From: Octopus bimaculoides
Taxonomy: Eukaryota
Direction of reading: 5' to 3'
Assembly: GCF_001194135.2 (NCBI RefSeq)
Contig: NC_069004.1
Span: forward strand, 32,404,817-32,468,816
DNA length: 64,000 bases
The notes under the pieces were generated by a model. It had not been told where the DNA came from. It saw nothing but the letters and a program-made list of their open reading frames with translations, and made no database searches. Each line of letters opens with the position of its first letter. Position 1 is the first letter of the stretch. A program made the translations under genes and the position numbers. Shown here piece after piece: positions 12,421 to 24,839 of the stretch.

Positions 12421-12864
12421 TTTTTTTTCCGAATTAAAATAAGGGGTTTACAGCACATTATGAGGTCAGGATAGTTGATTCCACGCAAAACCTCCGTGTT
12501 TAAAAAAAAAATTTTTTTTAGTGAAACGCGTGGTAAAATTTTACCGAAATATTGAGTTTTATTGAAATTGAAAAACTCCACTTCGAGCTTCATGTAAGCA
12601 ATGTGCGCGCACGCACGCACACGCATACATGTATGTATATGTGTGTGTGTTTGCGTGTGACACTTTCTCCGATCAGTCTTTCCCCGTACTATCTATCAAT
12701 CCATTTTCCTCCCTTGTTCTATCAATCTGTCTACTCGACATTTCATTTCTTTCTTCTCACTCTTATTTTATCAGTTTAACTCTACTTCCTTAACTCCCTC
12801 TCTCTGCTTTTTTTTCGTTCTGCTTGATAATTAGCACCCCACCCAAAAGCCATTGATTATTTAC

Positions 12865-13067
<203 letters not shown>

Positions 13068-13339
13068 CGTGCGTGTGTACTATGTCACTTATTTTACTTT
13101 CTATTACGTATCACTTTTCTTTCTGCTCTCTTTAGCCTTCCCCCCACTCTCTTTCTCTCTCTTTCCTAATTTCTATGTCAATCAGTCTACCAATTAATCC
13201 CCCCTCTCTCTTTTCTTCTTCCTCCTCTCCTTATTGCACTTTTCTCCCTCTCTCCCCTCCTCTTCTAATTTCTCTTTCAACTTATATATTAGTTCTTACA
13301 CCCTTCATTCTATTCTCTGTCAATATTTTCCTCATGTCG

Positions 13340-13520
13340 GCAGGCGATGGAGCTGGCAGAAACGTTAGCACGCCGTGAGAAATGCATAGCGGCATTTCGT
13401 CCGTTTTCACGTTCTGTGTTCAAATCCCACCGAGGTCGACCTTGCCATTCATCCTTTCAGGGTCGATGTAATCGACTAGCCTCCCACTCCGAACTCGCTG
13501 ACCTCGAACCAAAATCTGAA
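13340..13520 (+). mobile_element. SINE family B
   Basis: GGAGCTGGCAGAAACGTTAGCACGCC..GTTCAAATCCC..CATCCTTTCAGGGTCGAT. Confidence 0.85.
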
Positions 13521-14199
13521 ACTAATATTTTCCTTACATTTTCTCCCTATTCATTCTCGTTCGAACCCCTTTTGAAACACATCTTACATCCATTCTCTTC
13601 CACTATTTTTATATTTTTTATGTCATGCATTCCTAACTCAAATATCTCCCCTTCTCTCATTTATTTTACTCACTCTCTACACTTCCAGACGTTTATTGAA
13701 ATAGTTATTCTCAAACCGTCACTTTTCATTCGATTCGCTTTTGTTTTTGGTGTTTTACTCACTTTCTTTCTTTTCTTAGTCAATTAATCTAATTATATCT
13801 TCTTCTCACTCTCTCTGTCTCTCAACATTGTACTTTATCTGTCATTATCTCTCTTTTGTCCGTTTACGTCGGTCTCCAACTACGTAATAATTCATATTTA
13901 ATTTCTTCATTCATTCATAACAAAACACACACACACACACACACACATATGGAGTACAACAAAATTACCATCAAACATGGTGTGTGTGTTTGTGTGTGTG
14001 TATAGATAGATAGATAAATAGATAGATAGATGGATGGATAGATTTATGATTTTTATACATGCACGAAGGAATGTTTATGCACGAACAAACATCCCTTCGT
14101 TCCACCCTGTTTTCAAAACTGCCTCATCTCTCGCCTTTTCTTTTTCTGCCCCCTTATCCTCTTTCTTCTTTTTATCTCTCAAATAAAGCCCAAATACAC

Positions 14200-14334
14200 C
14201 TCAAATCGAGGTGTAGGGTTCAAACAGCCTCCAGGTCTTCTATTATTAACGACAGTCGTCTCCATTTACGTCCAAACTTGCTAATAATTCCTTAAGTTCT
14301 TTTTTTGTTTAATCGTTCCACTGCCACCACCAAA
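14200..14334 (-). CDS. Candidate start-codon exon (METTVVNNRRPGGCLNPTPRFE) of a minus-strand transcript
   Basis: TTTTCAG|T acceptor at 14335/14334, ATG at 14265 in TAAATGG context, donor GAG|GTGTAT at 14200/14199 (weak). No homology recognised. Confidence 0.3.
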
Positions 14335-14860
14335 CTGAAAAGTTTTATGGTATATACTAGACTACTCGGGACCCGTTGGGTCACCAGTAGTTCTAGGTAC
14401 CCGAAAAACCGATGGAACAAAATGTACAAAAACTAAAAGTTTTGGAAGACTAAAGAAGCCATTTTCCCCCCCAGAATTGTAATTTCTATTGTATGAAATA
14501 CAGGAATTCTAAGAGAAAAAAATAAGTGGAGAAAAATAAAAGATAAAAGAACAAAAAAATAAAAATAAAAATGCTTGTTTCCTTTCCATTCCCTAGAGAA
14601 ATGGGACATTGAAGGACAGCTATTTGTAAACTCTGCCCATAAGTGTATGAGTGCTGTGAGAAACCATTCCATAATTATGTGGCATATATACTTAACCTCC
14701 AGCATTGTTCAGTTTTGGTGTCAAAAACTGAAGGACATTATGTCTAAGAGTAAATTAGGAGAATAGAATGTTGATACCATTGTTGTTTTTTGACCTCCAG
14801 GTCAGTTCTGAGTATGATTTTGCTTCTTTTTTTTCTCTTTTTTCACTTTTTGTTCACAAG

Positions 14861-14943
14861 GTCTCTGAGATTAGTGAAGGGTCATGGGAAGAAGAGAGGA
14901 CGATGTCTTCAAACTGGGGATCTGGCATCCAAACTTCTGCTAG
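14861..14943 (+). other. Candidate plus-strand exon, 83 nt
   Basis: Long pyrimidine tract and CACAAG|G acceptor, donor TAG|GTTAGC, two frames open. May be cryptic. Confidence 0.2.
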
Positions 14944-15619
14944 GTTAGCACTGGTGTTAAACAGGGCAAGGAATTAAGTCTACCATGGCAGGATTTGAAC
15001 TCAAAATGTACAGAGCTGAAGCAAACACTGCAAAGCATCTAGTCCAACATTCTAACAGTTTCTTCCAACATTTTTGCCTTTTTATTGACCCTGAGAGAAT
15101 GAAATGCAACACTGCCCCCTGTAGGATTTGAACTTAGAATGCTGAAAGTAATACTATGAAGTATTCTATCCCTCTTTAACAATAAAATGAATCGGGTGAC
15201 ACCACAGCCACATGGCTGAAACGAGTAAAAGAGTAAGACATGTAATCATTCGTTTTTGATTTATATATTCCTCTATACACTATCATACATACCCCCTTTT
15301 TTATTTTTATATATATATATTAGTTTATGTATATATTAATATTATCTCAGTTTTAAAAAACTTTGACAATGTAAATATGTTAATAGTTACCATGGGTAGC
15401 AAAAATTACACTTTTGTCTTGCTTCTATATGTTGGTTCCCTGACAGTGAATATATGTGGAATTCCAGCAGATCTTACTTCTTTGGAGTAGAGTAAACATA
15501 TATTTTGAAACATGTGTAGGAATTAAAGGAACTTTTATTTATATGCGTTTTGCTCCATTTATTGTTATTATTCATATATATATATATAAACAAAATTGAA
15601 TACACATACAAGGTGTGTA

Positions 15620-15733
15620 TTGTTAATTTGTGGATCAGCTGTGTTTTAGGCATGAGAGGTTATATTCTCAAGGCACATTGAGAATATATTCCCTTACACC
15701 TAAAACGCAGCCAACCCACAAGCTTATTAGCAA
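15620..15733. repeat. Long imperfect inverted repeat (hairpin)
   Basis: Core TATATTCTCAA-GGCACA-TTGAGAATATA is perfect (11 bp); 27 of 34 positions match out to GCTGTGTTTTAGG/CCTAAAACGCAGC, with further weak pairing to 15620/15733. Confidence 0.8.
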
Positions 15734-15834
15734 AATTAATGGCGGTCACAAAAGTGATGGAGGGGGTGCTTAGTTAAATTAACTCTAAAGCTACTAAAGC
15801 ACTATACTTAATGACTGACAAAGAGAGGTAAAGT

Positions 15835-15917
15835 CCCTAGCATACACAGCTATATCATGATTTCGAATTTAGGTGCAGATCACCATGATTCTCATCAGTG
15901 GCTCTTAATGCCTAGGG
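15835..15917 (-). ncRNA. Type I hammerhead ribozyme motif with palindromic stem III (Penelope/retrozyme-like)
   Basis: Minus strand: CCCTAGGCATTAAGAGCCA-CTGATGA-GAAT(catggtgatctgcacctaa)ATTC-GAAA-TCATGA-TA-TAGCTGTGTATGCTAGGG. All core nucleotides are present, stem II closes G-C, stem III is the palindrome ATCATGAT, the cleavage triplet is AUA, and stem I is bipartite. Confidence 0.75.
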
Positions 15918-16595
15918 TTAAACTCAACTTCCTTTGTCAGTCTTATAAGAAAAACCATTGAAATCGTTTGCTGCTTTTCAAAATGGTAAAAGTGAAAACA
16001 ACAAATTAAAAATATATGTATGAAGGTGTGCGTATATAAACTTGAAGAAGTTGATGTAATGTTTATAACTTGAAGAAGTTGATGTAATATTAAGCCAAGG
16101 CTGGGATTGAGATGGTGGCAAATGATTGGAGAAATATGAAGCAGGTAAAAAGATGGATAAAAAGCAGATAGAAAGATTGAAATGGGATTCAAAGTTGAAG
16201 CGGAGTGAGGGCTGCAATTGTGTTTGAGGTTGAGTTGAGTTTAGTTTAGTTTTGAAGTGAGAGTGAGTAATATGGTGGCAAAGGTTTGAAATGAGAAGGA
16301 AATTGAGGTTGAACTCAAGCGAAGTGTAACTTAAGTGAAGTTTGAGGCTGAGTTGTGAAGCAAAATGCTTGAAGTTTGATATTAAGAGATTAGTTTCAGG
16401 TTCCTGGAACTTTGCCTGCTTTTCACACACACACATGTATGTTTTTATATATAATATATATGTATATATATATAAATAATATAATATATATATAATTTAT
16501 ATTTACATACCTTTACTCACATATACATGCATATATACATAATATATATATAATTTATATATACATTCATATATACATACATATATTCATACATA

Positions 16596-16637
<42 letters not shown>

Positions 16638-16671
16638 TACACATATACATATATATACATGTAATATATAC

Positions 16672-16706
<35 letters not shown>

Positions 16707-16724
16707 TGTATACTCATAAGCTTA

Positions 16725-16937
16725 CAGGGTGTGGAAAAAATCATCCCACGTTTGCCATTCTTGATAAATGTTTCAACAGCAAATGACTGGTAACTTGAGA
16801 AGAAGAAGAAAGATAAAAACTTCGGTAAAACATTAGCTGCATAAAGACACCATTACCACCTGTCTAACTTCACCGGCGCTACATGAATGGCTTTGTAAAA
16901 TACGGAAGGTTTTCTTTTTCACTTCTGTTGCACTCTG
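16725..16937. mobile_element. Probable Tc1/mariner-type MITE
   Basis: TA|CAGGGTG left end and CACTCTG|TA right end; inner TIR similarity is poor. Confidence 0.45.
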
Positions 16938-16964
16938 TATATGTATGTGTGTATCTTTTATATT

Positions 16965-17410
16965 TTACTTGTTTCAGTCATTAGACTGCAGCCATGCTGG
17001 GGCACCATCTTGAAGGGTTTTTAGTCAAATGAATTGACCTCAATACTTGATTTATATTTTTTTTTGCTAAGCCTAAGACTTATTCAATCAGTCTCTTTTG
17101 CCAAACCATTAGGTTACTGGGATGTAAACACACCAACACCAGTTGTCAAGCGGTGGCAGGGGTTAATAAAAACACACCCTTGAGCACACACAAATATATA
17201 TATACATATGTTTATGTAAGATGGGCTTCTTCCAGTTTCTGTCTATAAAATTCACTCACAGGGCTCTGGTCAGCCTCAGGCTATAGCTTGCTCTCCAACC
17301 ACATGGTTTCAAATTCAATGCATCCACATACCACTTTTGGCAGGTGTCTTCTAAGATAGTCTTGGCCCAATAAAAGCCTTGAGAGTAGATTTGGTAGATA
17401 GAAACTGAAA
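16965..17410 (-). mobile_element. SINE family A, degraded, with rearranged head
   Basis: GTTTCAGTCATTAGACTGCAGCCATGCTGG..., GGGCTTCTTCCAGTTTCTGTCT... Confidence 0.75.
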
Positions 17411-17591
17411 AAAACAGCAGTCATGTATATTTGCACATGTACGTGTGTGTGTGTGTGTTGACTTGTCTCCACATCACATGATTGTTATAAGTGAAAATCT
17501 TGCATTTCCAATGTTCTGCATGAACATGTCTGGCCATTAGGGAAATATTACCCTGCTTGGAAACAGGTGAGGGTTGGCAACAGGAAGAGCA

Positions 17592-17790
17592 CCCATCATC
17601 ATCATCATCATTTAACGTCTGTTGTCTATGCTGGCATGGGTTGGACTGTTTAAACATAGCTGGTAAGCTGGAAGGCTGCACCAGGCTCCAGTCTGATTTT
17701 GCACGGTTTCTACGGCTCGATGTCCTTCCAAAAAAGGCCAACCACTCTGAGAATGTAATAGGTGCTTACTCGTGCAATCATGGAAAAGTA
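17592..17790 (-). mobile_element. RTE-type LINE 3' tail
   Basis: (CAT)n-TTAACGTC..CATGCTGGCATGGGTTG..GATGTCCTTCC..GCCAACCACTCTGAGA. Confidence 0.75.
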
Positions 17791-18148
17791 GACAGTGAAA
17801 CAATAACGAGACGATGATGATGATGACGACGATGGTGATGAAGATGATACTCAATGGGCTTCTTTCTGTTTCCATCTACCAGTCCGCTCACAAGGCTTTT
17901 GTTCTGCCAGGGGATATTGTCGTAAAAGAAACTTGTCCAAGGTGCAGGTACAGAGTCGCAGCTGGGTTGGTTGTGGCGGTGGCGAGTCATGCAGCCCGTC
18001 CCCAGGAGACGCTTTTAAGGTGATGGCATTTTTCATGTCTGCTGTGATAAGCCTGTATGGGCTTGACGGCTCGTTGAAGGAGGGGGGAACTCGATTACTG
18101 CCCCGGGCGGCACACAGTCTTAGCTACATCACTGTGCGAGTCACTTAC

Positions 18149-18241
18149 CCAATTAGATCGACATCGAAACTTCGTCGTTGAAAAACGACCTTCGTACGCT
18201 TAAAGAAAGACGGGATGATCGTGGCTGGAAAGCTTTTTATA
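18149..18241 (-). promoter_or_regulatory. Candidate TATA box plus short non-coding first exon on the minus strand
   Basis: TATAAAAAG at 18241-18233 (-), Inr-like TCAT near 18216, consensus donor GG|GTAAGT at 18149/18148, locally CpG-rich non-repetitive DNA (about 17950-18300). It could instead be an internal exon using CTTTCCAG at about 18223. Confidence 0.4.
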
Positions 18242-19260
18242 TTTTTATCACGGGTTCGTCTGCTCGATTAAGGTTTAACTAGGATTAAACATCAGACACG
18301 TAATCCCATAGTCTCTCTCTTTCTCTCACACACACGCGCGCACAGACACACATATACATACACACATGCACACACACAAACACGCATGCAGGTGCGAGGT
18401 TGACCCGGGACAAAGCATCACACACGTATAATCACACACATATAAGACTTATACACGTGCACATACTCACACCGATACGCATACACACACATAAATACAT
18501 ATATACAGATAGATGTACATGCATGCATGCATGTATGTATACACACAAGGTTGACCTGGGACTAAAAATGTACACACATACACGTATACACACATACACA
18601 CAGATGTACACGTATATGCACGCTCGAGCGCGCGCGGTGTTTAAGGGAAAACAAGAGGCTGTATGGGGTCATTCGATCTGTTAGAAATAGCAGTCAAATC
18701 AACCTTAATTCACGCTCTTTTCATAGTGTATCAAGGACAAAATTATTGAATGTGTCTAGGACAGGACATATGTAGGAAAAAATGCTGTCTTAGATAACCA
18801 ATATAGGAAGAAAAAATATCGAAAAGACGCCAGACATGATGGTCACGGTCGGAATATCTTGTTCATAGGTCTCATCGATCATAATTGATATGAGGTTAAA
18901 CGATAACAGAGAATAAGAAACATGCGAAGAAAGACGATCATAAAACAACCATCAATAAATTTATAAAACCTGTCTGTATACACACACACACACACACGCA
19001 CACACACACACATAGAGAGAGAGAGAGAGATAAACACATGACATAAACACATGACATAAACACACACATAGGCAGCCACAGATCAAATCAGAAGTGAGAA
19101 TAAGAGAATATATAAAAAGAATAAGGGAGAATATGGCTGGGAAGAAGAGAATAAGAGAATACAAGAGAAGTGAGAAGAGCGGAACGTTATATATTCAGAG
19201 AGAGGGGGAGAGGGAGAGAGAAAGATATACACACACACACACACACACACATATATGCAT

Positions 19261-19303
<43 letters not shown>

Positions 19304-19450
19304 CACACTTACATACACACGAGAAAGAGAGAGAATAAACTATATGAGAGAGACGGAACCGATATATTTATATACATACATACACATACATATACACACA
19401 TATGCATACATACATATATACATACATACATACATGCATGCATACATACA

Positions 19451-19512
<62 letters not shown>

Positions 19513-19712
19513 CGTAAGATATTTTTATTGAGTTAGAAAACAGAGATCTAATAATGTGTGTGTGTGTATGTGTGTGTGTGTGAGAGAGAGAGGGCGGGGA
19601 TGAATACATAAAGAACAATAATAATATCGAAGAGGAACGGAATAGAATAATCGTAGAATAAGAAAAAGTGAAGAGGAGAGAGAGAGGAAAAAGAGAAGAG
19701 AAGAAAGCGGGG

Positions 19713-19745
<33 letters not shown>

Positions 19746-20113
19746 AAAGAGAGGAGAACAGAGTAGGTCGGATGTGACAACAAGAAAGTATAGGACATGT
19801 CTTGGTCAGTGTTGCTCCATCACAAACATCCAGTGTGACCAATTCATTGACAAATAATAATAATAACAACAACAGTAATAATAATAGCAACAAATAGTCA
19901 CAAACTACAGCAATAACAATATATATGTAGAAATATATATATGTATAAATATACAGAGGGAGTGAGAGCGACCGACATTATTTGTTGATAAACAGACGAC
20001 ACATCATTATTAGTTGTTATTGTTATTATTTATCATTATTTATTTAATTATTTCATTAATTATTTATCGTTAACCTATCCTTGGTGTGCGAGTTATACGG
20101 CTAAGTTCCTACC

Positions 20114-20199
20114 ATGACCACCACCAACAGAAATAACTCAGGGAAAAGACCGTCTTTGAAAGAGATGGCTTTTGAGAAATTCGGTTTTGCTCAAAGAAG
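20114..20199 (+). CDS. Candidate first coding exon, MTTTNRNNSGKRPSLKEMAFEKFGFAQR(R/S); product unknown
   Basis: ACCATGA start context, in-frame TAA four codons upstream, 28 open codons of non-repetitive sequence, consensus donor AG|GTAAGT (phase 2) at 20199/20200. Confidence 0.55.
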
Positions 20200-20420
20200 G
20201 TAAGTGGAAAAAATGAAGAAATTATAAGAAAAAAAATGGGAAAGGAACGAAATATTTGATTGAAATTGGTGTGTGTGGGTTTAAACTATATATATATTAA
20301 GCCATGTATACACACACTTGTGTGCAATATTATATATACGTAGATTTGTACATACACGTTGATGTTTAATTATATATGTATGTATGCATGCATGCATGTA
20401 TGTACGTGTATATACATACA

Positions 20421-20455
<35 letters not shown>

Positions 20456-20463
20456 ATATACAC

Positions 20464-20523
<60 letters not shown>

Positions 20524-21220
20524 NNNNNNNNNNNNNNNNNNNNNNNNNNNNNNNNNNNNNNNNNNNNNNNNNNNNNNNNNNNNNNNNNNNNNNNNNNNNN
20601 NNNNNNNNNNNNNNNNNNNNNNNNNNNNNNNNNNNNNNNNNNNNNNNNNNNNNNNNNNNNNNNNNNNNNNNNNNNNNNNNNNNNNNNNNNNNNNNNNNNN
20701 NNNNNNNNNNNNNNNNNNNNNNNNNNNNNNNNNNNNNNNNNNNNNNNNNNNNNNNNNNNNNNNNNNNNNNNNNNNNNNNNNNNNNNNNNNNNNNNNNNNN
20801 NNNNNNNNNNNNNNNNNNNNNNNNNNNNNNNNNNNNNNNNNNNNNNNNNNNNNNNNNNNNNNNNNNNNNNNNNNNNNNNNNNNNNNNNNNNNNNNNNNNN
20901 NNNNNNNNNNNNNNNNNNNNNNNNNNNNNNNNNNNNNNNNNNNNNNNNNNNNNNNNNNNNNNNNNNNNNNNNNNNNNNNNNNNNNNNNNNNNNNNNNNNN
21001 NNNNNNNNNNNNNNNNNNNNNNNNNNNNNNNNATACATATACGTGTTTGTGTGTGTATACATATGTGTGTGCGTGTGTATACATATATATGTATGTGTGT
21101 GTACATATATATATATATATGTGTGTGTGTGTATATATATGACTGAGAAAAAAGAAGAAAATTGAGAAATTGAACTAGGATGCAAACATCCCTTAAAGGA
21201 ATATAGGTCCTTGGCTTGAT

Positions 21221-21265
<45 letters not shown>

Positions 21266-22800
21266 ACACATACTAGTCACTGTTTATTGTTTTCCCTCTC
21301 TTTCTCCACTTATATATTTATATATAACAAGATTAATATAAATCTACACACACACATCCTACATTCACAGACACGCCTACATCTATCTATCTGTCTATCT
21401 ATATATATATCCATATTATATATATACACATACATTGATAGAGATACGCCTTAACCCACACATAAACGTTGCATTTAAAATGTGCAACAATTGCACTTGC
21501 AGTTATATATATACGCACATCACATTGATGCAAACGTCGATGTAAACACACTTGTGTAAAAGCTAAGTGTATAAATAACAACACTTCGCCTTTATTATTA
21601 AATATCTCTTGTCTTTTTTTTCCGTCTGACACACTAATAATAATAAAAACACACAACACACATCTGTGTATGTGTGTGTAAGTGTATGTGTGTGTCTATA
21701 CACATATATACAGACACAATTTCTATTAAACAGATTTAAAGAATGTGTGTAATTTCTCATCTGTATACACAATAAAACATCCGAGCGTCCCCACCCCTTC
21801 TATATATACACATGAATGCAGTATAAATTTAAGGCGTGTGTATATATATATTCTATTATTTTGTATATATTATTCTGTTTTCTGTGTGTTTGTGTTTACA
21901 CCGGTGTTGTTCCTGTATGGTCCCTGTTTTTGTTTTCCTTGTAATCCACCATTTCGATAAATAGTGAACGATAAAATAGGTGCCAGTTGAAATGTGTACG
22001 TATGTATTTGTGTATATATATATACATGTATCTGTGTATATGTTTATATGTGTGTGTGACTGTGTATATGAATGTATTTGTGGGTACATGCTTATTTGTA
22101 TTAAGGTGTATGTATATACGCGTGTGTGTGTGTGTGTGTGTGTGTATACATGTAATATATGTATATTATGCTGCCACCCCTTCCTGTGTAGTGCCCTGTT
22201 TAATTCTTCGTAAAGACCAAGAAGATAAATATTCTGCCTCTGACGAAATTAGATCAGACATGCTGTCTGTGACACACAACAAATGTGATAATGTTTTATC
22301 TGTTTCATAATGTCGCTTTTCTTCAAACTTTCGATGATCTTCAGCCTTCGGACTTGCACCGGTTTTTTTTAGCCACTTGGAAAGGATATCTGCCTGTCTG
22401 ACTGCATGTCTGCCTGTCTGTCTGCCTGCTGGCCTGTCTGTCAAATAAAAATACAACAAATAAAATATTCTTGGATTCTGAAGGACATAGTGGTTAAAAT
22501 TGTTCAGTGAGGTTTGTCAAATTAGGCATGTTCGCCGTCCGAGGAATGAGGGGAATGTTGACGTTTCAGGTCTGGCCCTTCATCTCTGGAGATGTTTCTC
22601 TCCATCTTCGTATATACAAATATGTATGGATATGTACATGTGTGTATATGTGTCTCTGTATATGTACAAGTCTGCTTATCTATATATGTTTATATATATT
22701 CTAATGAGTAGGATAAAGATCATTTGTACAGGTCGTTCATAAAGAAATTGCAGAACTGTCTTTCTCGGACTACAAGAAGAGACTACCATCCTGTGTTTGT

Positions 22801-22841
<41 letters not shown>

Positions 22842-22950
22842 TATACATAAATATGTGTAAATGTTTGTATGTCTATGTGTCTTTGTGTATGTATATGTGT
22901 GTGTGTATATATATATATATTTATAACTACATGCAAATATATGCAAATGC

Positions 22951-23003
<53 letters not shown>

Positions 23004-23007
<4 letters not shown>

Positions 23008-23388
23008 TGCAGGTGTGTCTGAGTGGTAAGAAACTTTCTTCCCAACCACATGGTTCTGGGTTCAGTTCCACTGCCTGACACCTTGGGCAAGTGCCTTCTA
23101 TTATAACGTTGAGCTGACCAAAGCTTTGTGACTGTATTTGGTAGAGGGAAACTGTAAGAAGCCTGTCGTATATGTAAATGTCTATGCGTGTTTCTTTGTG
23201 TTTGTGTTTGTCCCCCATCACCACTTGACAGCTGGTGTTGGTGTATTTGCATCCCTATAAATTAGCAGTTTGGCAAAAGAGACTGATAGAACAAGTACTA
23301 GGCTTAGCAAAAAATAATAAAGTCCTGGCGGTGCTCCAGCATGACTGCAGTCAAATGATTGAAACAAGTAAAAAAATAAAAGAATAGT
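23004..23388 (+). mobile_element. SINE family A, full length
   Basis: Head, internal microsatellite remnant and 3' module all present. Confidence 0.85.
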
Positions 23389-23779
23389 ATTTTTATCAAG
23401 GGAAACTGAATTGTCAACCTTGGAAAATTAAAATTGATAAGTTATTCTGCTGATAATATAGATATATATTATCACACCAAACTCTATATGTATATATATA
23501 TATGTATGTATATAAACACGCACATACATAACTATGTTTATATAATTATATATCTATATACTTTTATACACACACACACATATATACATGTATATATGCA
23601 TGTATTTTTACATTTCTATAAATGTGTATTTATATATATGTGTATGTATATATACATACATACATTCATACATACATACATACATATACACACACACACG
23701 TGCGCGCACAAAAACATGCACATGGACTCAGCTAGTGCTTCTCTGCAAAGTTTGGTGTTCCAAACTGTATTGTGGCAGC

Positions 23780-24091
23780 CAGTGGTGGACTGAGTCTAAA
23801 AATATTGGTTATCAGGAGACTAAGGGGGCCCACCTGCAACTACAAGGGGGCCCACCTGCAACTACAATGCTATCATTTAGTTTTTTGTTTTGTTATAAGT
23901 TTCCTTTTCAACTGTTTACAAATACAGCCAAGCTGAAATAATCAATGCATTCTTCTAGGAGTGAATAAAAAATTCTCAAACTTGAGGGGATGAGACCCTT
24001 AGATACAACATGGGCCTTCATATATAGATTCTAATGGCGCAGGGGCCCACTTGCCATCGGGCAAGCTGGCAACCTGGCCAGTCCGCCACTG
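23780..24091. mobile_element. hAT-type MITE, 312 bp
   Basis: TIRs CAGTGGTGGACTG and reverse complement CAGTGGCGGACTG (12 of 13 match); perfect 8-bp TSD GTGGCAGC at 23772-79 and 24092-99. Confidence 0.9.
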
Positions 24092-24359
24092 GTGGCAGCC
24101 TTGGTTGGCTTGAATGTTTGCAAAAAAGAGGCATGAGACATACCCAATTACCTCCCATTGTTATTGAATGCAGGACCTTGTAGTTGTGAAATGTAATAAT
24201 TAACCTTAATTAACCTTGAAATGATGGCTACATATGGACCTTTGTATAGCTGAAGAGAATTATCAAATGTTAGATAAATGGGTAGATAGTGAGGTAGATA
24301 TACATGTAGACAAGTCAATGTTAACATTTGTAAAGGTTGAATATTAAAAATGTTAACTA

Positions 24360-24745
24360 TGTGTAGGCATGGCTGTGTGGATGGGAAGCAAGCTTCTCAG
24401 CCATGTGGTCTTTAGTTCAGTCCCACTGCTCAGCACCTTGGGCAAATGTCTCTGCTATAGCCCCAAGTTTATCAAAGCCTTGCGAGTGGATTTAGTAGAC
24501 AGAAACTGAGAGAAGCCCATCATATATATATATTTATGTGTGTGTTTGTATTTGTCTCCAACCATCACTTAGCAACCAGTGTTGGTTGTTTATGTTCCTG
24601 TAACTTAGTGGTTTGGCAAAAGAGACTGATAGAATGAATACTAGGCTAAAAAAATATAGGTACTGGGGTTGATTTCTTCGATTGAACCCTTCATGATGTA
24701 CCCTGGCATGGTTGCTGGCAAATGACTGACACAAAAGATAGAAAT
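24360..24745 (+). mobile_element. SINE family A, full length, diverged
   Basis: Same modular structure as the copy at 36941-37347. Confidence 0.8.
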
Positions 24746-24839
24746 AAATACACTGTTAGCGAGTTGGGTAAGAAGCAATACAGAGAGAGAGAGAGAGAGT
24801 TGTGGAGGTGGACAGGCAGAGTGACATATAAATGAGTAA

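Noticed and set aside
15745-15759. 15-nt match (GTCACAAAAGTGATG) to the 3' part of miR-153 as I recall it
   Set aside because: The seed region does not match and there is no complementary precursor arm; probably chance
22166-22620. Short plausible-looking frames on both strands (KDQEDKYSASDEIRSD.., ILSKWLKKTGASPK..)
   Set aside because: No consistent phase or strong splice-site pair, and no recognised domain
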